From assembly GCF_963921235.1 (NCBI RefSeq), contig NC_086097.1:180112001-180176000 (forward strand): a stretch of DNA of 64,000 nucleotides, read 5' to 3'. The stretch comes from Mobula hypostoma. Taxonomy: Eukaryota. Made by a program: the position numbers and the translations under genes. Under the pieces are notes generated by a model. That model saw nothing but the letters and a program-made list of their open reading frames with translations, made no database searches and was not told where the DNA came from. This document shows, piece after piece, positions 12,712 to 25,895 of this stretch (position 1 is its first letter; every line of letters begins with the position of its first letter).

Positions 12712-13868
12712 ACTGTTTTCTCGCCTGAAGCCCTGCCTTGTCTTGCCGGTAGCTCTCGCCTCGCCTGAAGTTCTTGTCTCGCCTTGCTTTGCCAGAAGCC
12801 TTGCTTTGTCTTGCCGGTAACTCTCGCCTCGTCTCGCCTGCAGTCTTGTCCTGGAACCACCCTGTACCTAGCTCCCTTCCTGTCCCTTGCCTCTGCCCAG
12901 GTAAGCCAGGCCATCTTGCCGTTACCTGCGGTAGGTTTTGTCCCTTCCTGTCCCTTGCCTCCGTCGGGTATACCAGGCCGTATTGCCGTTACCTACGGTT
13001 GGTTCTGTCCCTTCCTGTCCCTTGCCTCCATTGGGTAAGCCAGGCCGTATTGCCGTTAACTATGGTTGGTTCTGTCCCTTCTTGTCTCTTGCCTCTGACG
13101 GGTAAGCCAGGCCATCTTGCCGTTACCTGCGGTGGTTCTGTCCCTTACTGTCCCTTGCCTCTGTCGGGTGGTGATCCGCGCCCTGCCCAGGAGTACCACG
13201 CCCTGCCCAGAAGTACCGCGCCCTGCCCAGGAGGAGCCTCTAGCCTCCAGCCTCCAGTCAAGTTTCTAGCCTCTAGCCTCCTGCCAAGCCTCGCCTCAAG
13301 TCTCTAGCCTCTAGCCTCAAGCCTGAAGACTCCAGCCTCCTGCCTCCTGCCAAGCTTTGCCTTGTCTCCAGCCTCTAGCCTCCTGCCAAGCCTCGCCTCA
13401 AGTCTCTAGCCTCTAGCCTGAAGACTCCTGCCTCCTGCCAAGCCTTACGTCAAGTCTCTAGCCTCTAGCCTCAAGCCTGAAGACTCCAGCCTCCTGCCAA
13501 GCCTCACCTCAAGTCTCTAGCCTCTAGCCTCAAGCCTGAAGACTCCAGCCTCCTGCCTCCTGCCAAGCCTTGCCTCTAGTCTCTAGCCTCAAGCTTGAAG
13601 ACTCCAGCCTCATCCTGCCTAGCAGCTAAGCCTTGTCCTTGCCTAGTTCTGGGGTCCGAGCCAGAGGCAAGACCCAGGTACTGGGTCCTTGTCCAGTCTC
13701 TGGCTCGAAGTCCAAGCCCGGGCTCCTAGCTTTCTTGTCCAGTCCTGTTCCTGGTTCCCAGTTTTCCTGTCCATGCCCTTGCCCTCGCCCTGTATCTTAG
13801 TCCTGTCCCTAGTACTTCAGTGTCTGTGTCTTGCGCTTGGGTCCATTCCTACCCACCTCCTTATGACA
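12712..13868 (+). repeat. Tandem-repeat-rich insert, probably the 3' part of another LTR, replacing late gag/protease/early RT
   Basis: 4 x 67-bp units (starting 12901, 12968, 13035, 13102), 3 x 20-bp units (~13176-13235) and a ctctagc/ctgccaagcc array (~13240-13615). Ends ...cttgggtcc...tatgaCA. Confidence 0.75.
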
Positions 13869-15298
13869 ACAAAAGGCTCAACGACGCCACAACCACCGAC
13901 AGATACCTGGTACCCCACATCCAGGACTTCATAGCGAACTTGCACAGAGCGACCATCTTCTCGAAAATCGACCTGGTCAGGGGATACCATCAGATCCCAG
14001 TGCACCCCGACAACAGGCTCAAGACAGCCTTCATCACCCCGTTCGGCTTGTTCGAAGTCCTGAGGATGCCTTTCAGTCTCAAGAATGCGGCCCAAACTTT
14101 CCAAAGGCTTATGGACTTGGTGGGACGTGGCCTGGATTTCGTTTTCATTTACTTGGACGATATCCTGGTGGCCAGCAGTTCGCACCAAGCGCACATGGCA
14201 CATTTGCGCCAGCTCTGCCAACACCTGAGCGACCACGGACTGGCAATCAATCCGGCGAAGTGCCAGTTCGGGGTGACAGAGATCGACTTCTTGGGCCACA
14301 GAGTCAACCGACATGGCGAAGTTCCCCTACTGGACAAGGTCCAGGCCATCCGCCAGTTCCTCAAGCCCAGCCCGGTCAAGGGCTTGCAGGAGTTCGTAGG
14401 GATGGTCAACTTTTATCATCGGTTCGTGCTGGTGGCGGCACGCATCATGAGACCCTTGTTCAGCCTGATGGCCGGCAAGGCCAAAGAAGTGGCACGGGAC
14501 GCGGAGTCCACGGAGGCGTTCGAGCAGGCCAAGGAGGCGCTGGCAAAGGCGGCCCTCCTAGTGCATCTGGGAGTCGATGTACCCAAGGCAATCACAGTCG
14601 ACGCTTCCCACATGGCAGTCAGCGGAGTCCTGGAGCAGCTCGTCGAGGACCAGTGACGACCACTCACTTTCTTCAGCCGGCACCTACGGCCACCAGAGGT
14701 GAAGTACAGTGCCTTCAACAGACAGTTGCTAGCGCTCTACCTGGCTGTCCAACATTTCCGGTACTTCCTCAGGGGAAGGGAGTTCACCATGTATACGGAC
14801 CACAAGCCCCTCACCTTCGCACTGGCCAAGGTATCGGACCCATGGTCAGCTCAGCAGCAGAGGCAGCTGTCCTTTATTTCAGAATTCACCACGGACATCC
14901 GCCACATCGCAGGGAAGAACAACGTCGTCGCCGACACACTGTCGCAGCCCTGCCTCCACTCAGTAGGCATATCGACCTCAGGAATAGACTACGCAGCACT
15001 GGCGGAAGCACAACGGTCGGACACCGAGATCCCGGCTTACCGCACCGCCATTTCGGGGCTCCAGTTGGAGGACGTCTCCATCGGCCCAGCAGTGGATTGA
15101 GTCCTGTGCGACGTGTCTACCGGCAAACCCCGACCCGTGGTACCAGCAGCATGGAGGCGCTGGGTGTTCGACACGCTGCACGACCTGGCCCATCTGTCCA
15201 TCAAGCTGCTAGCGGAAGGATTCGTCTGGCACAGTTTGCGCAAACAGGTCAGACACTGGGCCAGGACCTATGTACACTGCGAGACTGCTGAAGTCCAG

Positions 15299-17137
15299 TG
15301 TTCAAGTCTCCCACAAAACCAAATCTGCACCAGGTGCACCAAGCTGCAGCTCTTCCAAGCACGTGTTAAGGAACTGGAGCTACAGTTCAATGACCTTCGG
15401 CTCATACAGGAGACTGAGGAGGTACCGTATAGATAGGAGGTAATCACTGCTAGGTTGCAGGAGGCAGGTAACTGGGTGACTGTCAAGAGAAGGAAGGGAA
15501 ATGGGCAGCTGGTGCAGAGCACACCTGTAGCCATTCCCCTCAATAATAAGCATACTATTTTGGATACTGTTGAGGGGACAACTTTCCAGGGAGAACTCCA
15601 GTGACCGGGTCTCTGGCACTGAGTATGCGGCTGTGGCTCAGAAGAAAAGAGAAATGAAGAGGACTGCGGTAGTAAGAGGAGATTCCATGGTTAGAGGAAT
15701 AGACATGAGATTCTCTGGACATGAAAGAGATACCCAGATGGTACATTGCCTCTCAGGTGCCGGGGTCAGGGATGTCTTAGATCAAGTTTATGACATTCTA
15801 AAGGGGGAGGAGGAGCAGCCAGAAGTCTTGGTACATATTGGCACCAATGGCATAGGTAGGAAAGGTGAGAACCCGAAGAGAGATTTTAGGGAGCTAAGTA
15901 GAAAGCTGAGAAACAGAATCTCCAGGGTAGTAATCTCTGAACTGCTGCCTGTGCCACGCACCAGTGAGGATAAGAATAGGATGATTTGGCAAATGAATGC
16001 ATGGCTGAGGAACTGGTGCAGGGAGCAGGGTTCAGATTTCTGGAACATTGGGGTGTCTTCTAGGGAAGGTATGACCTGTACAAAAGGGATGGGTTACACC
16101 TGGACCCATCTGGTTGGCTGCCAGTCTCTAGTGATGTTCCACAAGGATTTTTGTTGGGACCGCTTCTTTTTACGTTATATGTCAATGATTTGGATGATGA
16201 AATGATGGCTTTGTGGCCAAGTTTGCAGACAATACGAATATAGATGGCGGGGCAGGTAGTTTTGAGGAAGCAGAGAAGCTACAGAGGGAGAATGTACAAA
16301 GAAATGGCAGATGGAATACAGTAAATAGTCATGGACACGAGATATATGGTCATGCACTTTGGTGGAAGAAATAAAGGCATAGACTATTTTCTAAATAGAG
16401 AGAGAACTAAAAAATCTAATGTGGAAAGGGACTTGGGAGTCCTCATACAGGATTCCCTAAAGGGTTATCTGCAGTTTGAGTCGGTGGTGAGGATGGCAAA
16501 TGTGATGTTAGCATTCATTTCCAGAGGACTAGAATATGAAAGCAAGGATATAATGGTGAGGCTTTATAAGGCACTGGTGAGGTCTCACTTGTAGTATTGT
16601 GAGCAGTTTTGGGCCCCTTTTTTAAGAAAGGATGTGCTGACATTGAAGAGGGTTCAAAAGAGGTTCACGAAACTGATTCCAGGATTGAAAAGCTTATATT
16701 ATGATGAGCTTTTGATGGTTCTGGGCCTCTACTCACTGGAATGCAGAAGAATGAGGGGAGATCTCATTGAAACCTATCAAATGTTGAAAGGCCTCGATAG
16801 TGTGGATGTGGAGAGGATGTTTCCTATGGCGGGGGAGTCTAAGACCAGAAGACACAGCCTCATAATAGAGGGACGTCCTTTTAGAACAGAGATTATGAAG
16901 AATTTCTTTAACCAGAGAATGGTGAATCTGTGGAATTCTTTGCCACAGGTGGCAGTGGAGGCCAAGTCACTGAGTATATTTAAGGGAGAGGTTGATAGAT
17001 TCTTTATTAGTCAAGGCATGAAGGGATACAGGGAGAAAGCATGAGATTGGGGCTGACGGGGAAATGGATCAGACATGATGAAGCGGTGGAGCAGACTTGC
17101 TGGGCCATATGGCCTAATTGTGCTCCTGTATCTTATG
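15299..17137 (+). mobile_element. CR1 LINE with ORF1 esterase domain joined by internal deletion to the ORF2 C-terminus
   Basis: ICTRCTKLQL zinc finger and coiled coil, then the SGNH/GDSL-like VVRGDSMVRG...VHIGTN. Jumps at ~16107 to RT C-terminal sequence (LYKALVRSHL, RGDLIETY) and a CR1 tail. Confidence 0.87.
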
Positions 17138-17489
17138 ATCGATACTGTCTGCTCCTATCCTTGTTCATGACCATGCTAAAGAGGTTAAGGTGTTGTGGTC
17201 ACTGTCTGTAGATCACATTCTGTACGTACCTGTATAACTGGAAGGTAACTTGAATAAGGGTATGGTAGGACTGCTCAGGGGTAAAGGAGAAACATGAACT
17301 TGGAGGCAGAAGAGATACCAGGAGTCCTTAATGAATGCTTTACTTCATTGTTCACCAGGGAAAGGGAATTTGGCATAAGTTTGGTGTAGAACAGGCAGCT
17401 TAAGCATGTTCAGGTTAAGGAGTTGGAGCTGCTGGAAAACATTAGAATAGAAAAGTCCCCAGTCTGCCATGCACTACTGGAGTTCCAAC

Positions 17490-18113
17490 AAATGGTGCAA
17501 ATGTTTGATGAAATGTTTTTTTTTGTAATCGCAAGACCCTGTTGGATATTGGTAATATAAAATACTGTAAATCTGCTTTATGGGTTCATTGGTGAGACCG
17601 ATGGCAAGGAGCTGCGTGGCTTCGGTTGTTGCACAGACCAGGCCCTAATGCAGCAGCATTGCCTGTTACAGCCACCCAGGGGAGTAAGAGCCAGAAGTGG
17701 TGTGGGAGAGAACAGGGGCACAGCAAGCCTACTGGAATCTCTGGTGGCTTGGGGGCTGACCCCTGCAGCCTGGCTCTGCCATCGGTTCTGCTCTCCAGCG
17801 TTCGCTCCCTGGAAGACAAGCTGGATTGCCCTCCTCTGCAGCTAGCTCTGTGCTAGATGAAGAACTGCTGTGTGCTTGTTCTTGCAGAAATGTGTCTCCA
17901 GGACAATATCGTATGCATTACGAATCTTCAGGCCATGCCACTCAGGGACTTGTGTTAATATTATTTTGTGATTGTATGTGCTATTGTTACTATATGTGCT
18001 GTGTGATGTGTATGACTGTATGAACTGTGCTTTTCACCTTGGCCCTGGAGGAATTCTGTTTTATTTGGCTGTATATGTGTATATAGTTGAATGACAATTA
18101 AACTTGAATTTGA
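17490..18113 (+). mobile_element. Internally deleted non-autonomous LINE derivative (APE N-terminus fused to a 3' tail)
   Basis: LPSVLLSSVRSLEDKLD in ORF 17626..17856 resembles the start of a Rex1/L2-type APE domain. It is followed within ~200 nt by a tail ...gacaattaaacttgaa. Confidence 0.5.
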
Positions 18114-18689
18114 AATTGAGGTGTCACCTCTGAGATGAAGTATGCGTCCCAGGCCACATCTGTCACTCGATGTGTAGAAAATATTTCTACTACTTTGCCA
18201 GAACTTGCTCTGGGTGTTCTAGCACATATTTACAGCATAACCAAGACAGATTGCCTGGGAAATTGGATTTCACTGATATTTGGTATGCTAAATGGTTGCT
18301 ATGCTAGCCTAATATTCATATCCAAATGGAATCAGTAAATTGGTGAAATGTACAATAAAAACACATTGGGACAGCTTGCACCCTTCTTCATTGGTAGATG
18401 GTGCCTGTACATTTCCCAATCACAGCAACGAGCTGAGTGAGCAGCTGATGCATTATTGCCACGCCACCAGGCAGCAACTGAATGCCTCACTTTCCACTCA
18501 AACCATATGCAGTGATGTATACTCAGGTGAGGGAAAGTGGGGGTGTGAAATGGATGCATCTCTACCAAGTGTCTGTCACACACCTCCCTCTGACCCAGTA
18601 TCATTTCTGTAGCCCTACCTAGCCATCCATTAGCTTGTGTGAAGTAACCCTAAACCACTGTAGAAATCATACACACAGGCCCAGTGGGA

Positions 18690-19110
18690 ACTGGAATTGG
18701 AATTGGTTTATTCTTGTCATGTGCACTGAGCTACAGTAAAACACTTGACTTCCCATGCTGATCAATGCATTGCACCCTAAATCTAGGTAGTTCAAGGGAA
18801 AACAATAACACAATGCAGTTACAGAGAAAGTGCAGTGCAGGAAGACAATAAGGTGCAAGGCCAAAATGAGGTAAATTGCCAGGTCAACAGTCAATCTTAT
18901 TGCACTTGAAAACTATTCAGTAGTCTTCCAACAGTGGGGTGGAAGCTGTCTTTGGGCCTAGTGGTACATGTTTTCAGGCTTTTATATCTTCTGCCTGATG
19001 GGAGAGGAGAGAACGGAGAATGTCTGGGGTGGCTGGGGTCTTTGATGATGCTGGCAAGACAGCAGGATGTGTAGACAGAATTCATGGAGTGGAGGACAGG
19101 CAATCGATGT
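18690..19110 (-). mobile_element. Rex1/L2-like LINE 3' fragment, same family as 1-540
   Basis: SIIKDPSHPRHSPFSPLPSGRRYKSLKTCTTR in ORF 18897..19103(-). Confidence 0.65.
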
Positions 19111-22049
19111 CACAGAGTAGACAGTTAATATATGATTGACCATTGGTGCTTGGTTTGTTCTTCTGGGTAGCATGGGCCGCAGGGTGCATGCTTCTACACC
19201 AGTTTCATTTGCATGTATTGATAGCATCATTATACTCATGTTGATGTTGAAGATCTCACGTGTGCAGAGTGAATTGAGCAAGAGATGCCCAGTCCAATTT
19301 CATGATGGATGGGAATTCAACCAGACATGAACTCAACTACTTTAAAATATCCAAGCAAAATACTTTCATGTACACCTTATTCATAAAAGTCAGGCGGAGA
19401 AGGGTCTGGTCTTTAAATACTGCTGACTGATCGTGAAACTGTGGTTTGGATTTGGCCATCAGGTTTTCTGCATCACAAGAGCGACCAGACTTCAGAAGCA
19501 CTTCATTGGTTCTGAAGCATTCTAGGACATCCTGAAAGGGAAGTGAAATGCTCCGGTTATGCACAGATCAGAGAGCCACAGAGTATGGAAAAGGCCCTTC
19601 AGCCCAACTCCTACTTTCTGACCAAAGCTTCTTCACTGTGCTGCTTACCTGTGACTCCCATTTAAGGGAACTATGAAATTTTACTCCAAGATCCCACTGT
19701 TCTACAACAGTAGCCAGGTTCCTTCTGTTCAACTAAGTCCAACCTTGATTCATCCTTCCAAAATGTAATACTTCACACTTATCCAAATTAAATTCCGTTC
19801 AATTTGACTGAATGGTTTGTATCTCTTCACCTGATAAAATGTGATATTATAGAGTTAAAACTCATTGGCAATCCTTTTGAACTTTCCTCTAAGTAGTCTA
19901 AGCACGATCTTAAGCAATGAAGAGTAGATTGTTTGCAGTTCGAGCAACACCCAGCTTCAAGCTGTGGTTCATTGCCACAGACGCTAATTTTAATAGCAGG
20001 AGAGGCTGCTCAGTAAAACATGACACAAAGTGAAGTGGGACCCTCACTGTTATATACAATGACAATTTGGATTTAAATATCAAACTCGAAGTTGAGTTTA
20101 TTGTCATGTGCACAAGTTCAAGTATGCATTGGTGCAATGAAGAGTTTGAGGCACTTAGCTTCATATAATCGGTATTCACAAAAAAGCATAAATTAAACAT
20201 AAATTATATACAAATTTTACAAGAAAAAACACAGAACAAATAAAAGTTGATTTAGTACAAAGTGATCAAAGTGATGATAGTGTTGCTAAACTGTAAAGAT
20301 TAAAGATTGGGGTTGTACCAATTGGTTCAAGAACCAAATGGTTCCAGGGAAGAAGATCAAATGATAAATAAATCTAATTCTCATTTTTTACCTTACACCC
20401 TCATCAATTAGCTTCCTGTCTATATGTGTTAATATCAATTACTCTCATTAAAACTTTACTTTTGGAGATGTCATTGCATACTATTAGGGCAATGCCGCAC
20501 AGCTCTTCTTCGATTTCCATAGTATTATGCTTTCTAGAATGGAGGAGTTTTCCAGTGATCTAGCCTCTGTTTTGCTCTGACCACCCCTCCCTCCTCCACT
20601 TGGCTCCATCTGCACATCATCCCCTCTTCACCTGGGTCCACCTATCAGTTGACACCTCTTACCTCACCCCTCCCCCTTACCTTTTATATTTAGCTGCGTC
20701 CTCACTGCACTCTCAGTCCAGATGCAGAGTCCGGACTTGAAACAATGACCGTCCCTTTGCCTCTACAGATGCTGCCTGACTCATTGAGCTCCTCCAGCAG
20801 CATGCTCCTTTTTGTATTTAAAAGTATGAAAGGTATAGAAAGAGTGAAACTGTTTATATAAACATCAAAAACCAGGGTATGCTGAATGAAAAAGAATTAA
20901 AGGTGAAAGAAGCATTTTTGCACAGTGAGATGTTGGGGGAGGACAACGATAGAGGCACATTCAATGGCAGCATGCACAAGGATATTGATACGTATCTGAA
21001 TTTGCTGAGTGATTGGAAGAAGTTAGGGAATTGGGATTAGCTGTGTTCCTCCATGGAGTAGGTTCAGATTCAATAGGCTGAATGGCCTCCTTCTGTGCTG
21101 TAATTTGTCTGATTTGCCCACACCTCCTCCCAGAAAAGTATTTCATTTCACTTTTTAGCTCTCTTTCAGCCCAAGCTTCACAGTCGTCATATTACATCTA
21201 CAGTTGTGCCAGCTTTATTCACTGGCCCTTGATTACCATCCTCACAAAGACAGATGGCTGTATTCACTGCACACTCATTCCCACACTGCCCAGGTAGTTG
21301 TAAAGCATACATCAATTTTCATTGTCCTTAGTTATTTTCCATCGGGAGAAGGCGTAGAACCCTAACACATACACTATAAAAAATAAAAACAGCTTCTTCT
21401 CCTCTGCCATCAGATTTCAGAATGGTCCATGAACCCATGAACAACACCTCGAGTATTTCTTTTTTATTGAATTATTTATTTATTTTGTAACTTAAAGATT
21501 TTTATGCCTTCGCATGGTACTGCTGCCACAGAACAAATTTCATCTCGTATGTCAGTGATAAAGAAGTCTGTTCCTGATTTTCTTGGAGTTGCAGCTTGTG
21601 ATCCTGGTCAGGAAGTCATAGAATTATGCAGCATGGAAACAGGCCCAACTCATCTATGCCCAGCAAGCTAATTCCATCTACCCGTGCTTGGCCCATAGCC
21701 CCCTAAACCTCTCCTATCCATGTAGTAATCACAATGGTTTTTAAATGTTGCTCATGTGCCCTTCTCAACCAGTATTTCTGGCAGCTCATTCAAGTATGCA
21801 CAACTCTTTGTATGAAGGAGCTGCCCCTGATGTCGCTATTAAACCTCTCACCTCTGTACTTAAATTAATACCCTCTTACTTTTAGCACCCACTCTTTGGG
21901 AAAATTACTATATGCTTTCGCTGTCTATGCCTCTCATGATCTTATAAACTTCTATCAGGACACTCCTCAATCTCCTGTGTTCCAGTCTACACAATCTCTT
22001 GTTGTAACTCTGACCTCTACCCCCAAGCCAGGTCACATCCTGGCAATTT

Positions 22050-23590
22050 TTTTCTTATAATTATTCTTTATTTAAGATTAAGCAAGATTGGGAAAGAGAG
22101 CTTAACATGACCTTGATAACAGAGGACTGGTTGTGAATTTTGAAGTTGGTTAACTCTTCTTTGATTTGCGCCAGTCATTCTCTAATTCAATTTAAAATTG
22201 TACATCGTTATTATTTGACAAAGGAGAGACTATCTAAAATATTTCCTAATGTTAATAGTCAGTGTGATAGATGTAAAACTGAGATAGCTACATTGACACA
22301 TATCTTTTGGTCGTGTTCTGTATTTAAACAGTTAGAAACCATAGAGAAAAACTACAGCACAGAAACAGGCCTTTTGGCCCTTCTTGACTGTGCCAAACCA
22401 TTTTCTGCCTAGTCCCACTGACCTGCACACAGACCATATCCCTCCATACACCTCCCATTCATGTATCTGTCCAATTTATTCTTAAGTGTTAAAAAAGAAC
22501 CCGCATTTACCACCTCGTCTAGCAGCTCATTCCACACTCCCACCACTCTCTGTGTGAAGAAGCCCCCCACTAATGTTCCCTTTAAACTTTTCCCCCTTCA
22601 TCCTTAACCCATGTCCTCTGGTTTTTTTCTCCACTTGCCTCAGTGGAAAAAGCCTGCTTGCATTCACTCTATCTATACCCATCATAATTTTATATACCTC
22701 TATCAAATCTCCCCTCATTCTTCTGCGCTCCAGGGAATAAAGTCCTAACCTATTCAACCTTTCTCTGTAACTGAGTTTCTCGAGTCCCGGCAACATCCTT
22801 GTAAACTTTCTCTGCACTCTTTCAACCTTATTAATATCCTTCCTGTAATTTGGTGACCAAAACTGAACACAATACTCCAGATTCGGCCTCACCAATGCCT
22901 TATACAATTTTGGAAATCTATTTTTTCTACAATTTCTAAAGCTTTAAAAATTAATTTACAACCTAATAACTTGACAGTTTTGTTTGGTATAATTCCTCAA
23001 TATATTTATGGTATTTCTATATCAGACCAACATGTAATTGCATTTGTCACATTATTGGCTCGAAGGGCTATCTTATTAAAATGGAAAGATGCTTCTGCTC
23101 CCACTCAAGTGATGTTATGTCTTAGTTTGGAAAAAATTAGAAGCCAAACTTTTGATCCTCGATTTGACTTTGAGAAAAGGTGGGGCTCTTTTGCCTGTTA
23201 CTATCATTTGATTTAAGTTAATTAAGATGGTCCCCTTCTGATTCTTGGATAAATGGATTTGGTTGGCGGATTTATGTCTTTTTTTAATGGAAGCTTGTAT
23301 GGGGTATAGCTCCGGGTTTGTGCTCCAAATGGTTTTTTTTTCTCGTTGTTTTTTTGTTAGCTGGGTTTTTTTTTAGTTTGTAGGGGTTCTTTTTTCCTTC
23401 TTTCTTTTTTCCAAAAAAAATAGCTTTAACATTTTGTTTTTTTATTATTATTATTATTGATATATTGTTTAGCTTGGTTAATAGTTTGACTCTTATTATA
23501 CATATTGATATATTGACTTGATTATTTCAATGTATTTTTTGTTGTTGAATTTCAATAATAATTAATAAAAAGATTTAAAAATTAAAAAAA
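22050..23590 (+). mobile_element. L1-clade LINE 3' fragment (ORF2 Cys-rich C-terminus, T-rich 3' UTR, A-rich tail)
   Basis: QFKIVHRYYLT...CDRC...LTHIFWSC|FWK...LLARRAILLKWK. Ends aataaaaagatttaaaaattaaaaaaa. Confidence 0.82.
22332..22905 (-). mobile_element. CR1 3' fragment inserted in the L1-like element
   Basis: ORF 22527..22907(-) YKALVRPNLEYCVQFWSP...RGDLIEVYK splits the L1 frame at KQ|FW. Confidence 0.88.
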
Positions 23591-25895
23591 TCTCCACTCC
23601 ATTGCCAATTAAAGCAAGTTAAATGCAGCACACACAAGCCATGCCAGATCATGACTATACCCATTAATGGGATTTCTTTCTTAATTGTGATTAGTTCAAA
23701 TATCTGAATTACCAAAATTAACTTCATTAACTTATTGGTCATATAACTCTTTAAGCAGTTTTACAATCTTGGAAACTCATATAAAATGCTGGAGGGACTC
23801 ATCAAGTCAGGCAGCATCTACAGAGCAAAACGAATAGTTGAAGTTTTGGGCCGAGACCCCTCACCAGTTGGAAAGGAAGGTGGCAGAAGCTAAAATAAGA
23901 AGGTGGAGGGACAGAGAGGGGGAGGAGTACATGCTGGCAGGTGATAGGTGAGTCCAGCTGACGGGGAATGTGGGTGATGAAGGGGGAATGAAGAAAGAAG
24001 CTAGGAGGTGATAGGTGGAAGAGATAAAGAGCTGAAGAAGGAATCTTATAGAAGAGGACAGTAGACCATGGAAGAAAGAGAAGGAGGAGGGGAAATCAGA
24101 GGAAGATGATAGGCAGGTGAGGAGAAGGAGCGAAAGGGTAATCAGAACAGTTTGGTTTGGTTTGGATCCTGCAACTCTTTTTATGAATAGTGGGGGCATT
24201 TTCACATGTCTTGGGCTTGTGAGACATGACGCCACCCATCCCTCTCCAGGCCACACCACAGCCGATGTCCTCCAACTTGGTGGCTCGCCCTCATCCCGAA
24301 TACGTGGCTATTGCACTCCTTTGGGAACTCATCTGTCCGAGCCAGTGACTTAATCAATGAGGTCCTTCACCCAGTAATACCATGTTAACACCACCCCCTC
24401 TCATCGTTTAGCCTGCCAGCTGAAGCAGTATACCGGGGTGTGCCACTTGGAGGCAAACATGAGAGATTCAGGAGACGGATGAGGACCCTATCAGATGCCT
24501 GTCCACCCTATGAGGTAGAGTGCCACTGCCAGACATCTATCCAAAGCCCCCTACACACTAGAACAGGGAAATGAAAAAGAGAGATAGAGCTAGGAGCGTA
24601 ACAGTAACATAGCTGTTAGCGCAAAACTATTACAGCCTACCTGTTGAAACGTAGCAAGACATTCAAGTTTTTTAAGAAGTGTGGGAAAATGTTCGAGTTT
24701 TTAAAATGGCACAGTGAGAAATGGTCGAGTGAAGAAAAAGCAGAACAACAAGTTTTCTTTTCTTCGCAAGGGGAGAAAGTTGGTCGAGTTTAAAAAAAGA
24801 CAGAAAATGGAAGAATTCACAGGTTCATCAACAATGAGTACTGGGTGAAAATAATCATAAAGAAACAGAGCAGAAATGGATACCCACATCAGAAGGATCG
24901 GCGCATTTTTTATATGGAACAGATTGAGCAGTATTTTAAAGCAAACAGAATACTCAATGAGAAACAAGTACCAGTTTTGCTAAGTGCATTGGATGGAAAA
25001 ACATAAAGTTTGCTTATAAGTTTAACTGCTCCAAACAAACCAGCCAAAATGAGCTTTATTGATATCATGAAAGTAATGCAGGAATATTTAGAACCAAAGC
25101 CATTGTTGATTGCAGAACACTTTAGGTATCATAAGTGGAGTCAAAAGGAAGGGGAGTCCATTTCAGCATATGTGGCTGAATTGAAGAAGTTGTCTGGGCA
25201 TTTTCTGTTTAGTTATGGGCTTAATGATGTACTGAGACATTGTTCAATTTGTAGAATCTTACCGAAAAGTATTCAAGAACAGCTAACTGAAGCATAACTT
25301 ACATTTAAAAGAGCAGTTGGCATTACTGTTTCAATGGAAACAACAGAGAGAGACACAATTGAGTGGCAGTCAGGCATGATAGTAAACGCGAACAAAATTG
25401 TAATGTCTAAATAGAAACAAGCCTGGCAGAACAAATTGTATTAACATTGTGGCAGGAGCACACATACACTGGACCAATGCAGGTTTAAAGGCGAAACTTG
25501 CAGAAAGTGCAACAGAGTAGGACATATACGAAGAGCATGTCAGACAGATAAAAGTAAATGGAATGTACAGGGAAGAAAAAATGCAAAAGAGTCAGGTTAC
25601 TGTTTCAAAAAGAGCTCCTATCTTGTTGTTGATGAAAAATCTGATAATGATGAGAATGATGCAGGACTAGGTAGCCTTGAGAAGTACAACATGAAAGCTA
25701 ACAATAAACAAACAATATATCTTACGCCAGACGTGAATGGCAAATTAATTAAAATGGAATTAGATACTGGTTTGGCGGTTCCAGTCATTCTACAAAATGA
25801 CTTTGAATGCCATTTTACATACTGAACTGAAGCCTGCAGATATCTAACTAAGAAAAACTGGAGGAAAGATAACTCCTGTGGGAATGACATTCTTA

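Larger units (their letters stand above)
12128..15298 (+). mobile_element. Gypsy (Ty3/gypsy) LTR retrotransposon: 5' LTR, PBS, partial gag, RT, RNase H, integrase zinc finger; 3'-truncated
   Basis: gag SLKLPTFWATQPHVWFKQAEAQF (from 12443). RT FSKIDLVRGYHQI...YLDD (14150-14161). RNase H TVDAS...YTDHKPL...NVVAD. Integrase HDLAH...C. In-frame stops at 14654 and 15098. Confidence 0.93.

Noticed and set aside
12774..13307. 177-aa Pro/Leu/Cys-rich ORF
   Set aside because: It is a translation of the tandem repeats.
12873..13615. Regularly spaced repeats resembling a CRISPR array
   Set aside because: Units are contiguous with no unique spacers, there are no cas genes, and the context is a eukaryotic retroelement.
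14260..15291. 343-aa alternative-frame ORF overlapping Gypsy pol
   Set aside because: Expected in GC3-rich coding DNA; low-complexity composition and no recognisable domain.
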